64,000 nucleotides of DNA. Source: Promethearchaeota archaeon. GTDB taxonomy: Archaea; Asgardarchaeota; Heimdallarchaeia; Hodarchaeales; Hodarchaeaceae. Made by a program: the position numbers and the translations under genes. The stretch lies in NCBI GenBank assembly GCA_048938105.1, contig JBHLMN010000027.1, positions 1 to 64,000 on the forward strand, read 5' to 3'. This document shows positions 62,928 to 64,000 of the stretch, piece after piece (position 1 is the first letter of the stretch; each line of letters opens with the position of its first letter). The notes under the pieces were generated by a model that was not told where the DNA came from, made no database searches, and saw only the letters and a program-made list of their open reading frames with translations.

Positions 62928-64000
62928 TTATTTAATAGGACATTCTAGAGTATCTGTACCGCGTATGGTTTCATAACAAGAATTGCAGCTCACACATAAG
63001 GCTGGAGAGAGATCGCCACTCTTCCATCGGTTAGGAAGATCGGGTTCGTAAATTAATGGCCTACTTATCGATATAAAATTAGCTATCCCCTCTTGGATAA
63101 ATCTCTCTGCTGATAAAGGATTTCTAATCCCCCCCATAAGGATAATTGTACAATTATTTGTAATCTTTCGTATTTCTTCAGCAACGGGTAAAAAATAGTT
63201 TTCATCTTCAGGGGATTTGATTATAATACTAGGAAAGAATTTATCAGTATCTACAAGATCACCACTTCCACCACTAGGTTCGATTGCATCAAAACCTGTT
63301 TCTGATACAACCTTAGCTATTTCTTTTCCTTCATCCAAAGATAAGCCACCAGCTAAATCCCCATCATGTGTTTGTAATTTAATAATTATCGGAAATTCCT
63401 TCCCTACTTCGTCTTTCAGGCCATTGAAAATGTCTATTAAAATTTTGGTGCGATTTGGAATACTTCCTCCAAATTCATCAGTCCGCTTATTAATAAAAGG
63501 AGTTAAAAAACTCCCCAACAAATATCCGTGAGCAGCGTGTAATTGTACCATGTCATATCCGCTCTCAAAAGCCCTCCGCCCACATTCTACAAATAATTTG
63601 ATGATATCAGTCTTAATTTCTTCCGTAGTCAATGTTCGTGGAACTCGTCCTGTTATAGGGTATGGAATTGATGATGGCGCGACTGCTTCAAGTCTCCTAT
63701 TCCCGCTTTGACGGCCTGCGTGAACGATTTGAGCGCATATTTTAACATCGTAATCATGAACTACATCAACTAACTTCTTATGACTTACAATAAATTCATC
63801 ATTGTAGAGACAGCTAGCATTCTTCGTCAGGGTGCTCGAAGGATCAACTGCAATCGCTCCTGTAATAATCATTCCGACTCCACCTTTTGATAAACCAGTA
63901 TAAAGGTTAATAAGATTCTTACTCGGGTGTCCAGCCTCTGCCATATTCTCAGCTGTTGCTGATCTTATAATTCGATTTTTAATTAGAATTTTTCCGATTT
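62928..64000 (-). CDS. NADH:flavin oxidoreductase (old yellow enzyme family), starts beyond the window
   Basis: KNRIIRSAT at the edge, QIVHAGRQ, QLHAAHGYL, NKRTDEFGGS, C-terminal CVSCNSC. Confidence 0.92.
   Translation of the reverse strand, partial: IGKILIKNRIIRSATAENMAEAGHPSKNLINLYTGLSKGGVGMIITGAIAVDPSSTLTKNASCLYNDEFIVSHKKLVDVVHDYDVKICAQIVHAGRQSGNRRLEAVAPSSIPYPITGRVPRTLTTEEIKTDIIKLFVECGRRAFESGYDMVQLHAAHGYLLGSFLTPFINKRTDEFGGSIPNRTKILIDIFNGLKDEVGKEFPIIIKLQTHDGDLAGGLSLDEGKEIAKVVSETGFDAIEPSGGSGDLVDTDKFFPSIIIKSPEDENYFLPVAEEIRKITNNCTIILMGGIRNPLSAERFIQEGIANFISISRPLIYEPDLPNRWKSGDLSPALCVSCNSCYETIRGTDTLECPIK

Noticed and set aside
1-64000. Genome-wide stop-codon reassignment, selenocysteine or pyrrolysine
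   Set aside because: TAA, TAG and TGA all end genes at expected C-termini. I found no in-frame TGA or TAG at a catalytic position.

Overview
AT-rich, gene-dense chromosomal DNA that reads as archaeal: TATA/BRE-like promoters sit close to start codons, and there is an archaeosortase-type gene with PG-CTERM substrates and a CDP-alcohol phosphatidyltransferase. The style fits an Asgard (Heimdall/Hodarchaeales-like) genome, but that assignment is inference and no marker gene is present. I found no rRNA, tRNA or CRISPR array. Main candidates for undescribed systems: (1) A 2227-aa membrane protein (21757-28440) fusing a thioredoxin-VKOR-thioredoxin disulfide-forming module and a rhodanese to a very large Cys-rich Kazal/TSP3/PKD ectodomain. 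(2) A tight five-gene operon (6546-13426) with a Rad50/SbcC-like ATPase but no Mre11, a MoxR AAA+ ATPase, and a vWA protein that carries a copy of the MoxR lid and an in-frame TAA. (3) A module present twice (16.5-21.4 kb and 45.8-51.6 kb): HxC-x3-C-x3-C regulator, bacterial-PH membrane proteins and ABC exporter, sharing a TTAC-N9-GTAA palindrome. (4) An IS607 element with a decayed tnpA missed by the ORF track, an intact long TnpB, a four-hairpin omegaRNA and a reconstructable target gene. Also present: a 4x lamin-tail-domain surface protein, a 2-methyleneglutarate-mutase-like B12 enzyme with a ProC-like partner, two further shared operator motifs, and several genes broken by in-frame TAA codons or a homopolymer frameshift. 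All family calls rest on motif recognition by eye; no database search was run.
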